From an uncultured Methanosarcinales archaeon (GTDB taxonomy: Archaea > Nanobdellota > Nanobdellia > Woesearchaeales > GW2011-AR4): 64,000 nucleotides of DNA. Location of the stretch: the NCBI GenBank assembly GCA_964650285.1, contig CAZYSP010000001.1:13169-77168 (forward strand). Direction: 5' to 3'. Made by a program: the position numbers and the translations under genes. A model generated the notes under the pieces. The model saw only the letters and a program-made list of their open reading frames with translations, had not been told where the DNA came from and did not search any database. Shown one piece after another: positions 18,962 through 28,589 of the stretch (positions are counted from its first letter, which is position 1; each line of letters begins with the position of its first letter).

Positions 18962-19264
18962 TCACTTATTAAACATCTCATCAAACTTTTCTTTTGCCTT
19001 GTTTTCTTTCCAATAGACTTCATGAGATGCGCGTTTTTCAAATAATGAAACTGCAATGTTGATTAAATCAGTCTGATAATCTTTAATGCCCTTTTCCTGT
19101 ATAATTGATTTAGCGTCATCAATGCAGTCTTTAAACAGCTTTATGTTTTCTTCTTTTAATTTTTGAGATACTTGTTTTTCTTCTTCCTCTGTCAGAAATA
19201 CCTCTTCCCATTGCGGATATGTAGAAGTTTTGCTCTGTTTTGGAAATGATTTTGAAAATGGCAT
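18962..19264 (-). CDS. Hypothetical soluble protein
   Basis: 100 aa ORF with host-like composition; TATA-like TTTATAAA about 25 nt upstream. Confidence 0.7.
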   Translation of the reverse strand: MPFSKSFPKQSKTSTYPQWEEVFLTEEEEKQVSQKLKEENIKLFKDCIDDAKSIIQEKGIKDYQTDLINIAVSLFEKRASHEVYWKENKAKEKFDEMFNK

Positions 19265-19355
19265 AATAAATTAGTAAGTAAATAGCATTTATAAATTTTC
19301 TTAAAAGTACGAATAAACAAAAAATATTTAAACAAATAATAGAATAATAAGAATA

Positions 19356-19763
19356 ATGGTAATTGATACAGAAATTTTGTTAAGGCTGGTTATTGCTGCA
19401 TTAGCAGGGGGCTTAGTTGGTTTTGAGAGGAAAAAAGTACGCAAGCCAGCAGGAATAAGGACACTTATGCTAGTGGGTATGGGGGCTGCTTTATTTACTG
19501 TTGTTAGCATAACAGCTTTTACAGATATAGATCCTTCCAAAATAATAGCCGGAATTGTTACAGGTATAGGGTTTCTAGGTGCTGGAACTATTTTCCGTGC
19601 AAAAGATCATGTAAAAGGCCTTACAACAGCTGCTTCCATGTGGGCAGTTGCTGCTATTGGTATTACAGCTGGTTTAGGTGAATATGTCCTTACGGCAGCA
19701 GCAACAATACTTGTAATATTGATATTACAGCTTAATAAAATAAAAATATTAAGAGAAGTTTAA
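19356..19763 (+). CDS. MgtC/SapB family membrane protein
   Basis: GFER..KPAGIRT, IVTGIGFLGAG, GLTTAASMW. Confidence 0.93.
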   Translation: MVIDTEILLRLVIAALAGGLVGFERKKVRKPAGIRTLMLVGMGAALFTVVSITAFTDIDPSKIIAGIVTGIGFLGAGTIFRAKDHVKGLTTAASMWAVAAIGITAGLGEYVLTAAATILVILILQLNKIKILREV

Positions 19764-21073
19764 AACTCGAATATCTTTTTCTTCTTTAAGATAACAGAAG
19801 GTGTTGCACCACCATGCCATGTGTATCTTGGCCTTATCCTTATTGGGTATATTTTCTCATTTATGTCATCAAATATCAATGCTGCTCCTTTAACCCTTGG
19901 AAGATAATTTAATTGTTTATCAAGGCTTTCCCTCATATAGCTTTGCATTAAAGAGCCTAACGCCTGCGTATCTATTTTTGCTGTTATCCTGTGAGAAATA
20001 ACAACATCTGATTGAGTTATCACATCATTATTGATTTTTCCCGGCTGCTGGGAAGCCAGAACTAAACTTATTCCAGGCTGTCGTCCTTCCCTTAAGATTG
20101 TTATTAGCGGCTGTGTAGCTACTGTTTTACCCTGGTTTGGAAGAAATTCATGAGCTTCGTCTATAAAAAGCCATATCAAAGGTTCTTTTTCTTCTTCCTC
20201 TCTCTCAATTAGATGCGTTTCTTTGTATATTGATTCATATTCTTCACCTTTTCTTACTGCCATTCTTTGCGTGAACATCTTTTGCGCTACTAAACCTATG
20301 ACTAAAGCTCTTAAGCCCTGTGCACCTGGAATGTAAGTATAACAACTTACATCGAGGACTGTTATCTGCCCCGGTATTATTAGGTCCCCTAACAAAGTGC
20401 CTTGTTTGCTGAACAGGCCCCAATGTTTTGCAGATAAGAAGCGGTTTTCAGCTGCATCTTTTATTTCTTTAGAAGTTCTGTCATCTTTTTGTATTGCCTC
20501 AATAATTTCACCAATGTCGTAATTTTTTTTGCTTTCCTTTAGATTTTCTATCACGCGCTCAATTAAAGATCCAATTGGAGTGTTTAAATCAATTTCAAAT
20601 ACTTCAGACCATTCAAATGCGCCTAGCTCAGAAGTTCTTATTGAGAATGGAAAATCTGTTGGAATGTCTTCTTCTTTGAATTTTTTATAATAACCAACAG
20701 GTGTAAAAATATTTACATTCAATGGCTTGGCTTCTAGGTTCCATTCTTTTAGCAGTTCTTTATCCTGCTTATTTGGATATTTCATAGTCCAGTAAATGCC
20801 CATTGTATCCAGCATTATTATCGATAGATTTTTTCTTATTTCTTCCGGCAGGTCCAGCATTGATTCTGCAATTACGCCTAAAGTGTATGATTTTCCAGAT
20901 CCGCGCTTGCCGACAACAAAAACAACATGGCTTTTTGCAACATCCATGAATATCTTATTTGATAAAGAAGTAGTCTGACCCATCTTTACATAATGCCTGC
21001 CTATAAAAATTGTTCCTAATGTTCCGTATTTTTTTGCATCTTCTGGGTTTCTTCCAATAGTTATATCATACAT
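19760..21073 (-). CDS. HerA/FtsK-superfamily (DUF87-like) ATPase
   Basis: Walker A GKRGSGKS, Walker B LFIDEAH, REGRQPG arginine finger, ASQQP. Confidence 0.9.
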   Translation of the reverse strand: MYDITIGRNPEDAKKYGTLGTIFIGRHYVKMGQTTSLSNKIFMDVAKSHVVFVVGKRGSGKSYTLGVIAESMLDLPEEIRKNLSIIMLDTMGIYWTMKYPNKQDKELLKEWNLEAKPLNVNIFTPVGYYKKFKEEDIPTDFPFSIRTSELGAFEWSEVFEIDLNTPIGSLIERVIENLKESKKNYDIGEIIEAIQKDDRTSKEIKDAAENRFLSAKHWGLFSKQGTLLGDLIIPGQITVLDVSCYTYIPGAQGLRALVIGLVAQKMFTQRMAVRKGEEYESIYKETHLIEREEEEKEPLIWLFIDEAHEFLPNQGKTVATQPLITILREGRQPGISLVLASQQPGKINNDVITQSDVVISHRITAKIDTQALGSLMQSYMRESLDKQLNYLPRVKGAALIFDDINEKIYPIRIRPRYTWHGGATPSVILKKKKIFEF

Positions 21074-21222
21074 TTTATTTATTCATTAAATTGTTAATAT
21101 AAAAATCTTTGTATCATAACTAGTAAAAAACAATGAAAATTTTCAATAAATAAAAAATTATTATAATAAAAAACTAATAGAAATTCTTTTTAATAAAAAA
21201 TAATAAAAGAACCCATATTGCT

Positions 21223-22236
21223 CTAAAAACCATTCACATCCAAAGCCTTATTTGTCATCTCTATTGATTTTTTCCCGTCTTTAAATCCTGTTGCTGCCCT
21301 TATAGCATCTATGGTTTCCAAAATAACATCAGATTCCTGATGGATGGCTTGCAAATAAAACAGTTTTTTGTCTTTAACACCAATACCTTCTTCCCAGACA
21401 CAGATTTCAGGCATATCCCCCCTTGCCATTCCAATATCTTTTGCAAGTTCCATTATTTCAGCTGTTGATCTAACGCGCTCTGCATTTCTTACTACTCGAA
21501 TGCGGGTAGTTTTTCTGAACAGGCTCAGGATATCTTCAGCAGTTGCTTCTTTTTTCAAATCTACTATGAGGCTGTGCATGTGCATCAATGTTGTTGGAAC
21601 TGACATTGCTGTTGTAAATATGTTTAAGCCATGAAGAACTGTTCGAACATCAGGGCCATGGTGAGAGGGAAGCTCTAAAACCGGGACTACTGCATTTATG
21701 GGTCCATGGTAAATATCCCAGGGATCTGCTGCACGACGTACCATTGTTGCATGCACGCTCTCAATTCCATAATTTTCATTTATAGGACATAAGGTTCTGC
21801 ACAATCCAGTTGTGTTACAGCTTACAACCCTTATATAATTTTTATTTAATGCTTCGTCATAATTGCATTGCGCAACAAAGCTTGCGTCTGCGACATCGGG
21901 CTTTTCACCGCCTTCAAAAATTGCCTTGACTTTTTTTGGCAGGTAATATTTTTCTTTATTCTCTTTACCAATTTTTTTGGGAGTGCAGTCAACTATAATA
22001 TCAACACTATCCAATAAATTATTCACATCGCCTTCTGGTTTAATATTGTTTTTAGCAAACTCTCCTTTTGCATCTGTTGTGAATATCTTAAAGCCTTTTA
22101 GCTTTGCAATTTCCATTTTGTAATCATAGCTATGTCCAGTTACCCCAATCACTTCCATATCTTTTTGCAATGTTGCAGCGTCTGCAACTCTTTTACCTAT
22201 TGTTCCATAACCAACAATTCCTACTTTGATTGCCAT
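21223..22236 (-). CDS. gap: Glyceraldehyde-3-phosphate dehydrogenase, archaeal type II
   Basis: GYGTIGKRVADA, VVSCNTTGL, RRAADP, SHHGPDV, HQES. Confidence 0.96.
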   Translation of the reverse strand: MAIKVGIVGYGTIGKRVADAATLQKDMEVIGVTGHSYDYKMEIAKLKGFKIFTTDAKGEFAKNNIKPEGDVNNLLDSVDIIVDCTPKKIGKENKEKYYLPKKVKAIFEGGEKPDVADASFVAQCNYDEALNKNYIRVVSCNTTGLCRTLCPINENYGIESVHATMVRRAADPWDIYHGPINAVVPVLELPSHHGPDVRTVLHGLNIFTTAMSVPTTLMHMHSLIVDLKKEATAEDILSLFRKTTRIRVVRNAERVRSTAEIMELAKDIGMARGDMPEICVWEEGIGVKDKKLFYLQAIHQESDVILETIDAIRAATGFKDGKKSIEMTNKALDVNGF

Positions 22237-22260
22237 GTTAAAAACCTCCGATTTTTTATC

Positions 22261-23388
22261 TTATATCTGGATAATCTTCCTGACTATAGAAGCACTGCCT
22301 TCAGCTTTGAACGCCTTTATATAATCACAGGCAGCTTTATAGGATGTTTCTTCTATTTCCTGCCTGCATTCATCAGACATTGAATATATCCTATTGAAAA
22401 ATACCTTTATAGCATGCTTTCCATTCTTGCCGAATATTTCCTCTGGTTTTTTTCCTTCAATTGGCTTGTTCTTTATGGTCCAGTCAAACATTTCCTGCCA
22501 TAAATCAGGATGATGTTTCTTTAAAGCATCAAAAACAATATTCTGGAATAGTGTAGCAACATTTCCCTTTAATATATCTCCATGAGGGAACTTATCTTTT
22601 ATTATGTCAAGAGGGGTTCCTGTAATGCCGTGCTGTGCAATCCTTACATCAAAATTGTTGTCTCTTAAAGCTTTGGCAACAGCCTGTGTTTGCTCTATGT
22701 TAATTGTGGTTTGTGCAATTAAGTTGCCTTGCTCATCATAAATATTGCCATGAGTTGAGCCATTTGCAATTGCCAACAAATTCGGATTAATTCCAGCTTC
22801 GTTTAATTTTTTAATAAAGGTGACAGCTTCTTCTGGCTTAGTCAAAACCATTCCTTCTGAATCTTTTCTTCCTATTTCACCAACTTCAACTTCTAAGCCA
22901 AATTCTTTTCCAGCTAACTTTTCTTTTATGAAATTTCCCAGTTCTATTGTGGCCTTAATATTAGGTGCAAGTTCTTCTTCAATAGTTTTCCCTTCAAAAT
23001 TAAACAAATGAGAAGCATCAATTGCAAAGCTTGTGTAACCTGCTTCTATCTGAGCAGATATCATGTCTTTAATCGCTTGTATTTCTTCAGAGGTTCCTTT
23101 TTTTACTCCTATATGGTCTGCGTGCAATATCCATATATCATGTCCTACATCAGCGTTTGCTTTCTCTAAGTTTTGAGAAAAAGTTGCAGGAGTCAGTCCA
23201 GTATAACCTCCTTCCTGGTTGCATTCTGACCTTGCCAATTCCATTATAAGAGCAGTGTCAAGATCTTTTGCAGCTTTAAAAACGCTTTTTGCAACACCAA
23301 TTGTGATTCGAGGATTGCATGCCAATATTATACAGTTTTCATTCTTTAAAGCGTTGAAAACACTGTTTCCTGGCAGTGGCTCTTTCAT
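22261..23388 (-). CDS. fba: Fructose-bisphosphate aldolase class II
   Basis: HADH, DASH, EVEVGEIG, ANGSTHG, AQHGITG, KGNVAT. Confidence 0.92.
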   Translation of the reverse strand: MKEPLPGNSVFNALKNENCIILACNPRITIGVAKSVFKAAKDLDTALIMELARSECNQEGGYTGLTPATFSQNLEKANADVGHDIWILHADHIGVKKGTSEEIQAIKDMISAQIEAGYTSFAIDASHLFNFEGKTIEEELAPNIKATIELGNFIKEKLAGKEFGLEVEVGEIGRKDSEGMVLTKPEEAVTFIKKLNEAGINPNLLAIANGSTHGNIYDEQGNLIAQTTINIEQTQAVAKALRDNNFDVRIAQHGITGTPLDIIKDKFPHGDILKGNVATLFQNIVFDALKKHHPDLWQEMFDWTIKNKPIEGKKPEEIFGKNGKHAIKVFFNRIYSMSDECRQEIEETSYKAACDYIKAFKAEGSASIVRKIIQI

Positions 23389-24347
23389 TTTTTATTACCT
23401 CTTGGAGGAACACTCTCATGATGATGGGTTTCAACATACCTTATTGTACCTGATTTTGAGCGCATGACAAGAGAATGCGTAAGATGACCGTATTTTGTGA
23501 AAACAACACCTTTAAGCAAAGGGCCATCACTTACACCTGTTGCTGCAAAAACCAAATAATTGCCTTTTGCAAGATTCTCTATCCCGTATACCTTGTCAAG
23601 GTCTAAACCGCGATCAAGCGCCTGTTGCTTGAATTCCTCTTTATGCGGTTTCAAAATGCCCTGCATGTCTCCTCCAACACATTTTAATGCGACAGCTGTT
23701 ATAACTCCTTCAGGAGCTCCTCCAATCCCCATCATTACATCTATACCTGAATCAGGTATTGCAGGTGCAATTCCTGCTGAGATTGTGCCATGCTCTATTA
23801 ATCTTATTCTTGCACCTGCTTCTCTTATTTGTTTTATCATCTCTTCATGACGCGGCCTATCAAGAATTATAACAGTCAGATCCTCTATATCTTTTTTAAG
23901 CGCGGTTGCAATATTTTTCAGGTTCTCTTTTATTGGAGCCTTAATATCAATAACCCCTTTTGCCTCAGGGCCGACTGCCAGCTGGTCCATGTAGCTTCCT
24001 GGCGCATTTAACAGGGAGCCCTTCGGGCCTGCTGCAAGAACCGATATAGCATTTGGCTTTCCGTTAGCCAGGTTTGATGTACATTCCAGAGGGTCAACAG
24101 CGATATCCATTTCAGGGCCTTTTCCAGTTCCAAGTTGCTCGCTGACATATAGCATTGGAGCTTCGTCTTTTTCCCCTTCCCCTATCACAACTTTGCCTTT
24201 GAAATCAACATAATTAAAGCGCTTTCTCATTGAATCTACTGCTGCTTTATCTGCTTTTTTTTTGTTGCCTTTTCCCATCCACTGCGCACATGAGATAGCA
24301 GCAGCTTCTGTGATTCTTACAAATTCCAATGCGAGGTTTCTGTCCAT
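23385..24347 (-). CDS. glpX: Fructose-1,6-bisphosphatase class II
   Basis: RITEAAA, VIGEGEKDEAPML, DIAVDPLECT, LDRPRH, GGAPEGV, ATGVSDG. Confidence 0.96.
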   Translation of the reverse strand: MDRNLALEFVRITEAAAISCAQWMGKGNKKKADKAAVDSMRKRFNYVDFKGKVVIGEGEKDEAPMLYVSEQLGTGKGPEMDIAVDPLECTSNLANGKPNAISVLAAGPKGSLLNAPGSYMDQLAVGPEAKGVIDIKAPIKENLKNIATALKKDIEDLTVIILDRPRHEEMIKQIREAGARIRLIEHGTISAGIAPAIPDSGIDVMMGIGGAPEGVITAVALKCVGGDMQGILKPHKEEFKQQALDRGLDLDKVYGIENLAKGNYLVFAATGVSDGPLLKGVVFTKYGHLTHSLVMRSKSGTIRYVETHHHESVPPRGNKK

Positions 24348-24396
24348 TTTTCCACCTTAATAGTCCAGATTTTACACTAATATTTAAATTTTTCTA

Positions 24397-24415
24397 TTAT
24401 CATACCTTATCATAC
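24397..24415. promoter_or_regulatory. Direct repeat TTATCATAC x2 (10-bp period), candidate operator between divergent TATA boxes
   Basis: Copies at 24397-24405 and 24407-24415, between minus-strand TTTAAATA (24381-24388) and plus-strand TATATAAA (24429-24436). Confidence 0.45.
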
Positions 24416-24472
24416 AAAAATAGAAAGCTATATAAATAGGCTTATAAACTACATAAGAAATAGTATTTTGAT

Positions 24473-25318
24473 ATGAAAGAAAGAATTACAATAACATTGG
24501 ACAGCGAACTTATTAACCAGATAGACAAGAGGATAGATGGCGGTATAATAAAAAACAGAAGCCAGCAGATAGAATTATTTCTTACAAAAGCATTAGGAAC
24601 TTATAGGCCTGAAAAGGCTGTAATTCTTGTTGGCGGTAAGGCAAAACCTATAACATCTAAGATACCAAAATGTATGATAGAAATGCAAGGAAGAACTGTA
24701 ATGGAGCATTTATTGGACTTGTTAAAGAAATATGGCATTAGGGATATGATTATAAGTGTAGGCTATATGAAAGAAAAGGTGAAGGAATATTATGGAGATG
24801 GAAGCAAGTTCGGAGTTAGTATAACTTATGTAGAAGAGAATAAGTCGTTAGGAACAGGAGGCCCATTAAAATTAGCCAAAAGCCATCTTAAGGATAGTTT
24901 TATAGTTACAAATGGTGATGATTTAAAGAACATTAATATACCTAGAATGTTCAGACTGCATAAAAGAAAAGATGCTTTGGCAACAATTGCATTAACAACA
25001 GTAGCAGACCCAAGCCAGTATGGGGTTGCAAGGTTAAGCGGAAGCAGGATTCTGGAGTTTGTAGAGAAACCAAAAGCAAGTGAAGCTCCTTCAAATCTGA
25101 TAAATGCCGGATTTTATATTTTAGAGCCAGAAGTTATAAATATGATACTTGATGGTTACTCTATGCTTGAAAAGGATGTTTTTCCAAAGCTTGCCAAAGA
25201 AGGCCGCTTACGTGGATTTCCTTTTGCAGGCCAGTGGTTTGATATTGGGAATTTAGAAAGGTATGGAATAGCAAAGAAGAAATGGAGTGGTGTAAGCCCC
25301 TATGGAGAAGATGAATAA
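24473..25318 (+). CDS. Ribbon-helix-helix + sugar-phosphate nucleotidyltransferase fusion, degenerate active-site loop
   Basis: N-terminal RITITLD...NRS..IE (CopG/NikR-like RHH); NTase motifs LGTGG, NGD, YGV, FVEKP, INAGFY, WFDIG; GGK-AKP lacks GTR. Confidence 0.88.
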   Translation: MKERITITLDSELINQIDKRIDGGIIKNRSQQIELFLTKALGTYRPEKAVILVGGKAKPITSKIPKCMIEMQGRTVMEHLLDLLKKYGIRDMIISVGYMKEKVKEYYGDGSKFGVSITYVEENKSLGTGGPLKLAKSHLKDSFIVTNGDDLKNINIPRMFRLHKRKDALATIALTTVADPSQYGVARLSGSRILEFVEKPKASEAPSNLINAGFYILEPEVINMILDGYSMLEKDVFPKLAKEGRLRGFPFAGQWFDIGNLERYGIAKKKWSGVSPYGEDE

Positions 25319-25502
25319 AATTATTTTAATATTTTTTGTAATTGTTTTAATATTTTCTGCTGGCTGCGTGAGCAAAGATGCGCAAAGACAGGAAGATTAT
25401 GAAAAATGTACGTCTGTTTGTTCTGCTGTTTTAACAGACAATTTTGTGACGATGATGTTGTGTGAGGATGAATGCCAAAAAGAGTTTTTGGAAGAAGAAT
25501 AG
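25311..25502 (+). CDS. Small putative lipoprotein
   Basis: MNKIILIFFVIVLIFSAG-C lipobox; CxxxC pairs. Confidence 0.6.
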   Translation: MNKIILIFFVIVLIFSAGCVSKDAQRQEDYEKCTSVCSAVLTDNFVTMMLCEDECQKEFLEEE

Positions 25503-25511
25503 GTGATATAA

Positions 25512-25733
25512 TTGAAAAAACAAGTTGTTGAGAAAATTACTGCTTTAATGATAGCAGCTTTTGGATTGGTTGCAGCACTAGCCTGGAATGATACAATAAA
25601 GGCAATTTTCAAAGAAGTATTTCCTTCTCCTGGAAATAATATTATTGCAATGCTGGTTTATGCAGTTGTTGTTACTGTTATTGCTGTGTTAGGGGCAGTC
25701 AGTATAGGCAACATTTCTGAGAAATTGAAATAA
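25512..25733 (+). CDS. Small 2-TM membrane protein (DUF5654-like)
   Basis: AAFGLVAALAWND motif, YAVVVT; SD AGGTGA before TTG start. Confidence 0.75.
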   Translation: MKKQVVEKITALMIAAFGLVAALAWNDTIKAIFKEVFPSPGNNIIAMLVYAVVVTVIAVLGAVSIGNISEKLK

Positions 25734-25747
25734 AAAATCTGTTGAAA

Positions 25748-27088
25748 ATGCTATCTAAAATCTTTAAGGCTTACGATGTCAGGGGAGTTTATAATAAGGA
25801 TTTAACAGACGAAATTACTTATAAGATTGGTAAGGCTTTTGTTTCTTTTTTGAAATGTAAGGATGTTGTTGTTGGTTATGATATGAGGCTTTCTTCTCCT
25901 AAATTATCAAAGGCCTTTATGAAAGGTGTTAATGATGAAGGGGCTGATGCAGTTGATATTGGCCAGGTAAGCACTGATGGATTGTATTTTGCTTCTGGTT
26001 TTTTACAGAAGCCCGCGGTTATGTTTACTGCTTCTCATAATCCTCCAGAGTGGAATGGTATGAAATTCTGCAGAGAAAAGGCAGTCCCAATAAATGAGGA
26101 TACAGGATTACAAAGAATAAAATCCATTATAGAGAAAAATAAATTTGAAAAATTAAAAAAAATAGGAAAGGTAGTTAAAAAAAATATTCTTAAGGATTAT
26201 GTTAAGCATGTTCTTTCTTTTATTCATAAAGACGGGGTAAAAAATTTGAAAATTGCAGTAGATGCTGGAAATGGCATGGCTGGGAAAATAGTTCCTTTAG
26301 TTTATAAAAACTTGAATGTTCAAGTAGTACCTTTGTATTTTAAACTGGATGGAAGATTTCCAAATCATCCGGCAGATCCTACTAAATATGAGAATCTTAA
26401 AGAACTGCAAAAAGTTGTTAAGGAAAAAAAATGCGACTTTGGCATGGCTTTTGATGGAGATGCTGACAGGATTTTATTTGTTGATGAAAATGGAAATATT
26501 GTTAATGGCTCTATTACATCTGCATTGATAATAAAAAGCATTCTTAAAAAACATAAAAATGAAAAAATCATTTATAGTTTGGTTTGCAGTAAAATTGTAC
26601 CTGAAACTATTGAAAAATATGGCGGAAAGGTAATTATGACAAGAGTAGGGCACTCCTTCATGAAGGATACAATGAGGGAAAATAAAGCGATATTCGGTTG
26701 TGAGCATTCTGCGCATTATTATTTCAAGCATAATTTCAATGCTGATTCTGGAATAATTGCAAGTTTGATTATATCTGAGATTATAAGTAAGGAAAATAAA
26801 AGGTTATCTGAGTTGTTAAAGGAATTTGAAGTGTATTACAAAATTGAAGAAACTAACTTTGAAGTTGCTGATAAAATATCCAAAATAAAAGAAATAAAAC
26901 AATATTATAAAAAAAAGAATCCAAAAAAAATAATGACTATGGATGGTGTCAGTGTTTATTTTGATGATTATTGGTTCAATGTACGTCCTAGCAATACAGA
27001 GCCTTTGTTGAGGTTGAATCTGGAGGCTGTAAATAAGGAACTTATGGAGGAGAAAACAAAAGAAGTGGTTGGGGTAATAAAGAGATAA
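25748..27088 (+). CDS. Phosphomannomutase/phosphoglucomutase
   Basis: FKAYDVRG, TASHNP, FDGDADR, CEHSAH, VRPSNTEP. Confidence 0.95.
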   Translation: MLSKIFKAYDVRGVYNKDLTDEITYKIGKAFVSFLKCKDVVVGYDMRLSSPKLSKAFMKGVNDEGADAVDIGQVSTDGLYFASGFLQKPAVMFTASHNPPEWNGMKFCREKAVPINEDTGLQRIKSIIEKNKFEKLKKIGKVVKKNILKDYVKHVLSFIHKDGVKNLKIAVDAGNGMAGKIVPLVYKNLNVQVVPLYFKLDGRFPNHPADPTKYENLKELQKVVKEKKCDFGMAFDGDADRILFVDENGNIVNGSITSALIIKSILKKHKNEKIIYSLVCSKIVPETIEKYGGKVIMTRVGHSFMKDTMRENKAIFGCEHSAHYYFKHNFNADSGIIASLIISEIISKENKRLSELLKEFEVYYKIEETNFEVADKISKIKEIKQYYKKKNPKKIMTMDGVSVYFDDYWFNVRPSNTEPLLRLNLEAVNKELMEEKTKEVVGVIKR

Positions 27089-27325
27089 AACAAATCATGG
27101 TTACCATGTTATTGGTAATCCAGTCGGTTTGTATGATAATAAATATGATCCAAATCCGAATAATTCAATAGAACAAGAAAGAGAGGTTATTGACCAGATA
27201 ACACGGTATTTAACTGAAATTGAAGGTCCTAGATACTTAAATTAACTGAATTCTATTTTTAATTTATTTGGTATCTTAAGAGGAATAATAGAAACCTTTA
27301 TATAGCCAAAAAAACCCCCTCTGAT

Positions 27326-28345
27326 ATGGTTGTACTTAAGAACTATAAAATTGCGACAATAGGATCTCATTCTGCATTGCAAATACTCAAAGGAGCGCAT
27401 GACGAGGGTTTTTCTACTATAGCGATATGTAAGAAAGGAATGGAAAGGCCATATAAGAGTTTTAAAGTTGCTGATAAGATAATTTCTGTAGATAATTATA
27501 AAGAACTTCTTAAAATACAAAATAAGCTGTTGAAAGAGAATGTGATTTTAATACCGCATGCTTCCTTTATTGCTTATATGGGTTATGAAGATGTAGAAAA
27601 GCTCAAGGTTCCGTATTATGGAAATAAAAAGATTTTGAGGTGGGAATCTGACAGGAATCTTGAAAGAAAGTGGCTAAAAGGTGCAGGTTTAAAGCTGCCT
27701 AAAATATTCAAGAACCCTAAGCAAATAGACAGGTCTGTAATTGTTAAGTTTCATGGTGCAAAAGGCGGCAAAGGTTATTTTATTGCAAAGAATTACAATG
27801 ACTTCAGGAAAAAGATAAAGCCCTATAAGGATGAGAAGGGCTATGTGATACAGGAATATATTTTAGGGGTTCCGTTGTTTATACATTATTTCTATTCTTC
27901 ATTGACTAATGAGTTAGAGATAATGGGTTTTGATAAAAGGTATGAGAGCAATGTTGACAGCTTAGGCAGGATTTCAGCAAGAGACCAGTTTGCGCTGGAA
28001 AAAGTGGATCCAAGCTATGTTATTGTTGGCAATATACCTGTTGTTGTACGTGAATCTTTTTTGCCAAGATTAATGGAAATGGGGGAAGCAGTTGTAAAAG
28101 AATCAAAGAAAATAACAGAGAAAGGCTTGTTCGGGCCTTTCTGCCTAGAGACTATTTTAACTCCAAAAGAAGAGATTATTGTTTTTGAAATCTCTGCAAG
28201 AATAGTAGCTGGAACAAATCCTTATGTAGGGGGAAGCCCTTATACCTGGATAAAATACGACGAGCCTATGAGCACTGGGAGAAGAATTGCCCGCGAGATT
28301 AAAATGGCTATTAAGGGGAATAAGTTGAATAAAGTGTTGGGGTAA
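27326..28345 (+). CDS. purP: PurP-family ATP-grasp formate ligase (paralog 1)
   Basis: IATIGSHSALQILKGA, GAKGGKGYF, DKRYESN, FEISARIVAGTN, MSTGRRIAREI. Confidence 0.92.
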   Translation: MVVLKNYKIATIGSHSALQILKGAHDEGFSTIAICKKGMERPYKSFKVADKIISVDNYKELLKIQNKLLKENVILIPHASFIAYMGYEDVEKLKVPYYGNKKILRWESDRNLERKWLKGAGLKLPKIFKNPKQIDRSVIVKFHGAKGGKGYFIAKNYNDFRKKIKPYKDEKGYVIQEYILGVPLFIHYFYSSLTNELEIMGFDKRYESNVDSLGRISARDQFALEKVDPSYVIVGNIPVVVRESFLPRLMEMGEAVVKESKKITEKGLFGPFCLETILTPKEEIIVFEISARIVAGTNPYVGGSPYTWIKYDEPMSTGRRIAREIKMAIKGNKLNKVLG

Positions 28346-28444
28346 GTACAATAAATAATATTTCAATAAAAGAGTTCCAATAATAAAAATTTCAATAAAT
28401 AAAAAATACAATAATAAAAAAACAATATCAATAAAAAATAATAA

Positions 28445-28589
28445 AAAACATCAATAGCGACGCAAAACCAACGATTATTTAATAATAATATTTCAATGTT
28501 AAAAAGATATTATGTATAAAATAAAATAATGAGTTAACAAATAATTGTGAATCATAAGATAAAAATTCAATGAATAAAAAATAAATAAA
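28445..28589 (+). repeat. CGACGCAAAA intercistronic element, copy A
   Basis: CGACGCAAAA at 28458; 50-nt block 28518-28567 matches 40421-40470 at 48/50. Confidence 0.8.
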
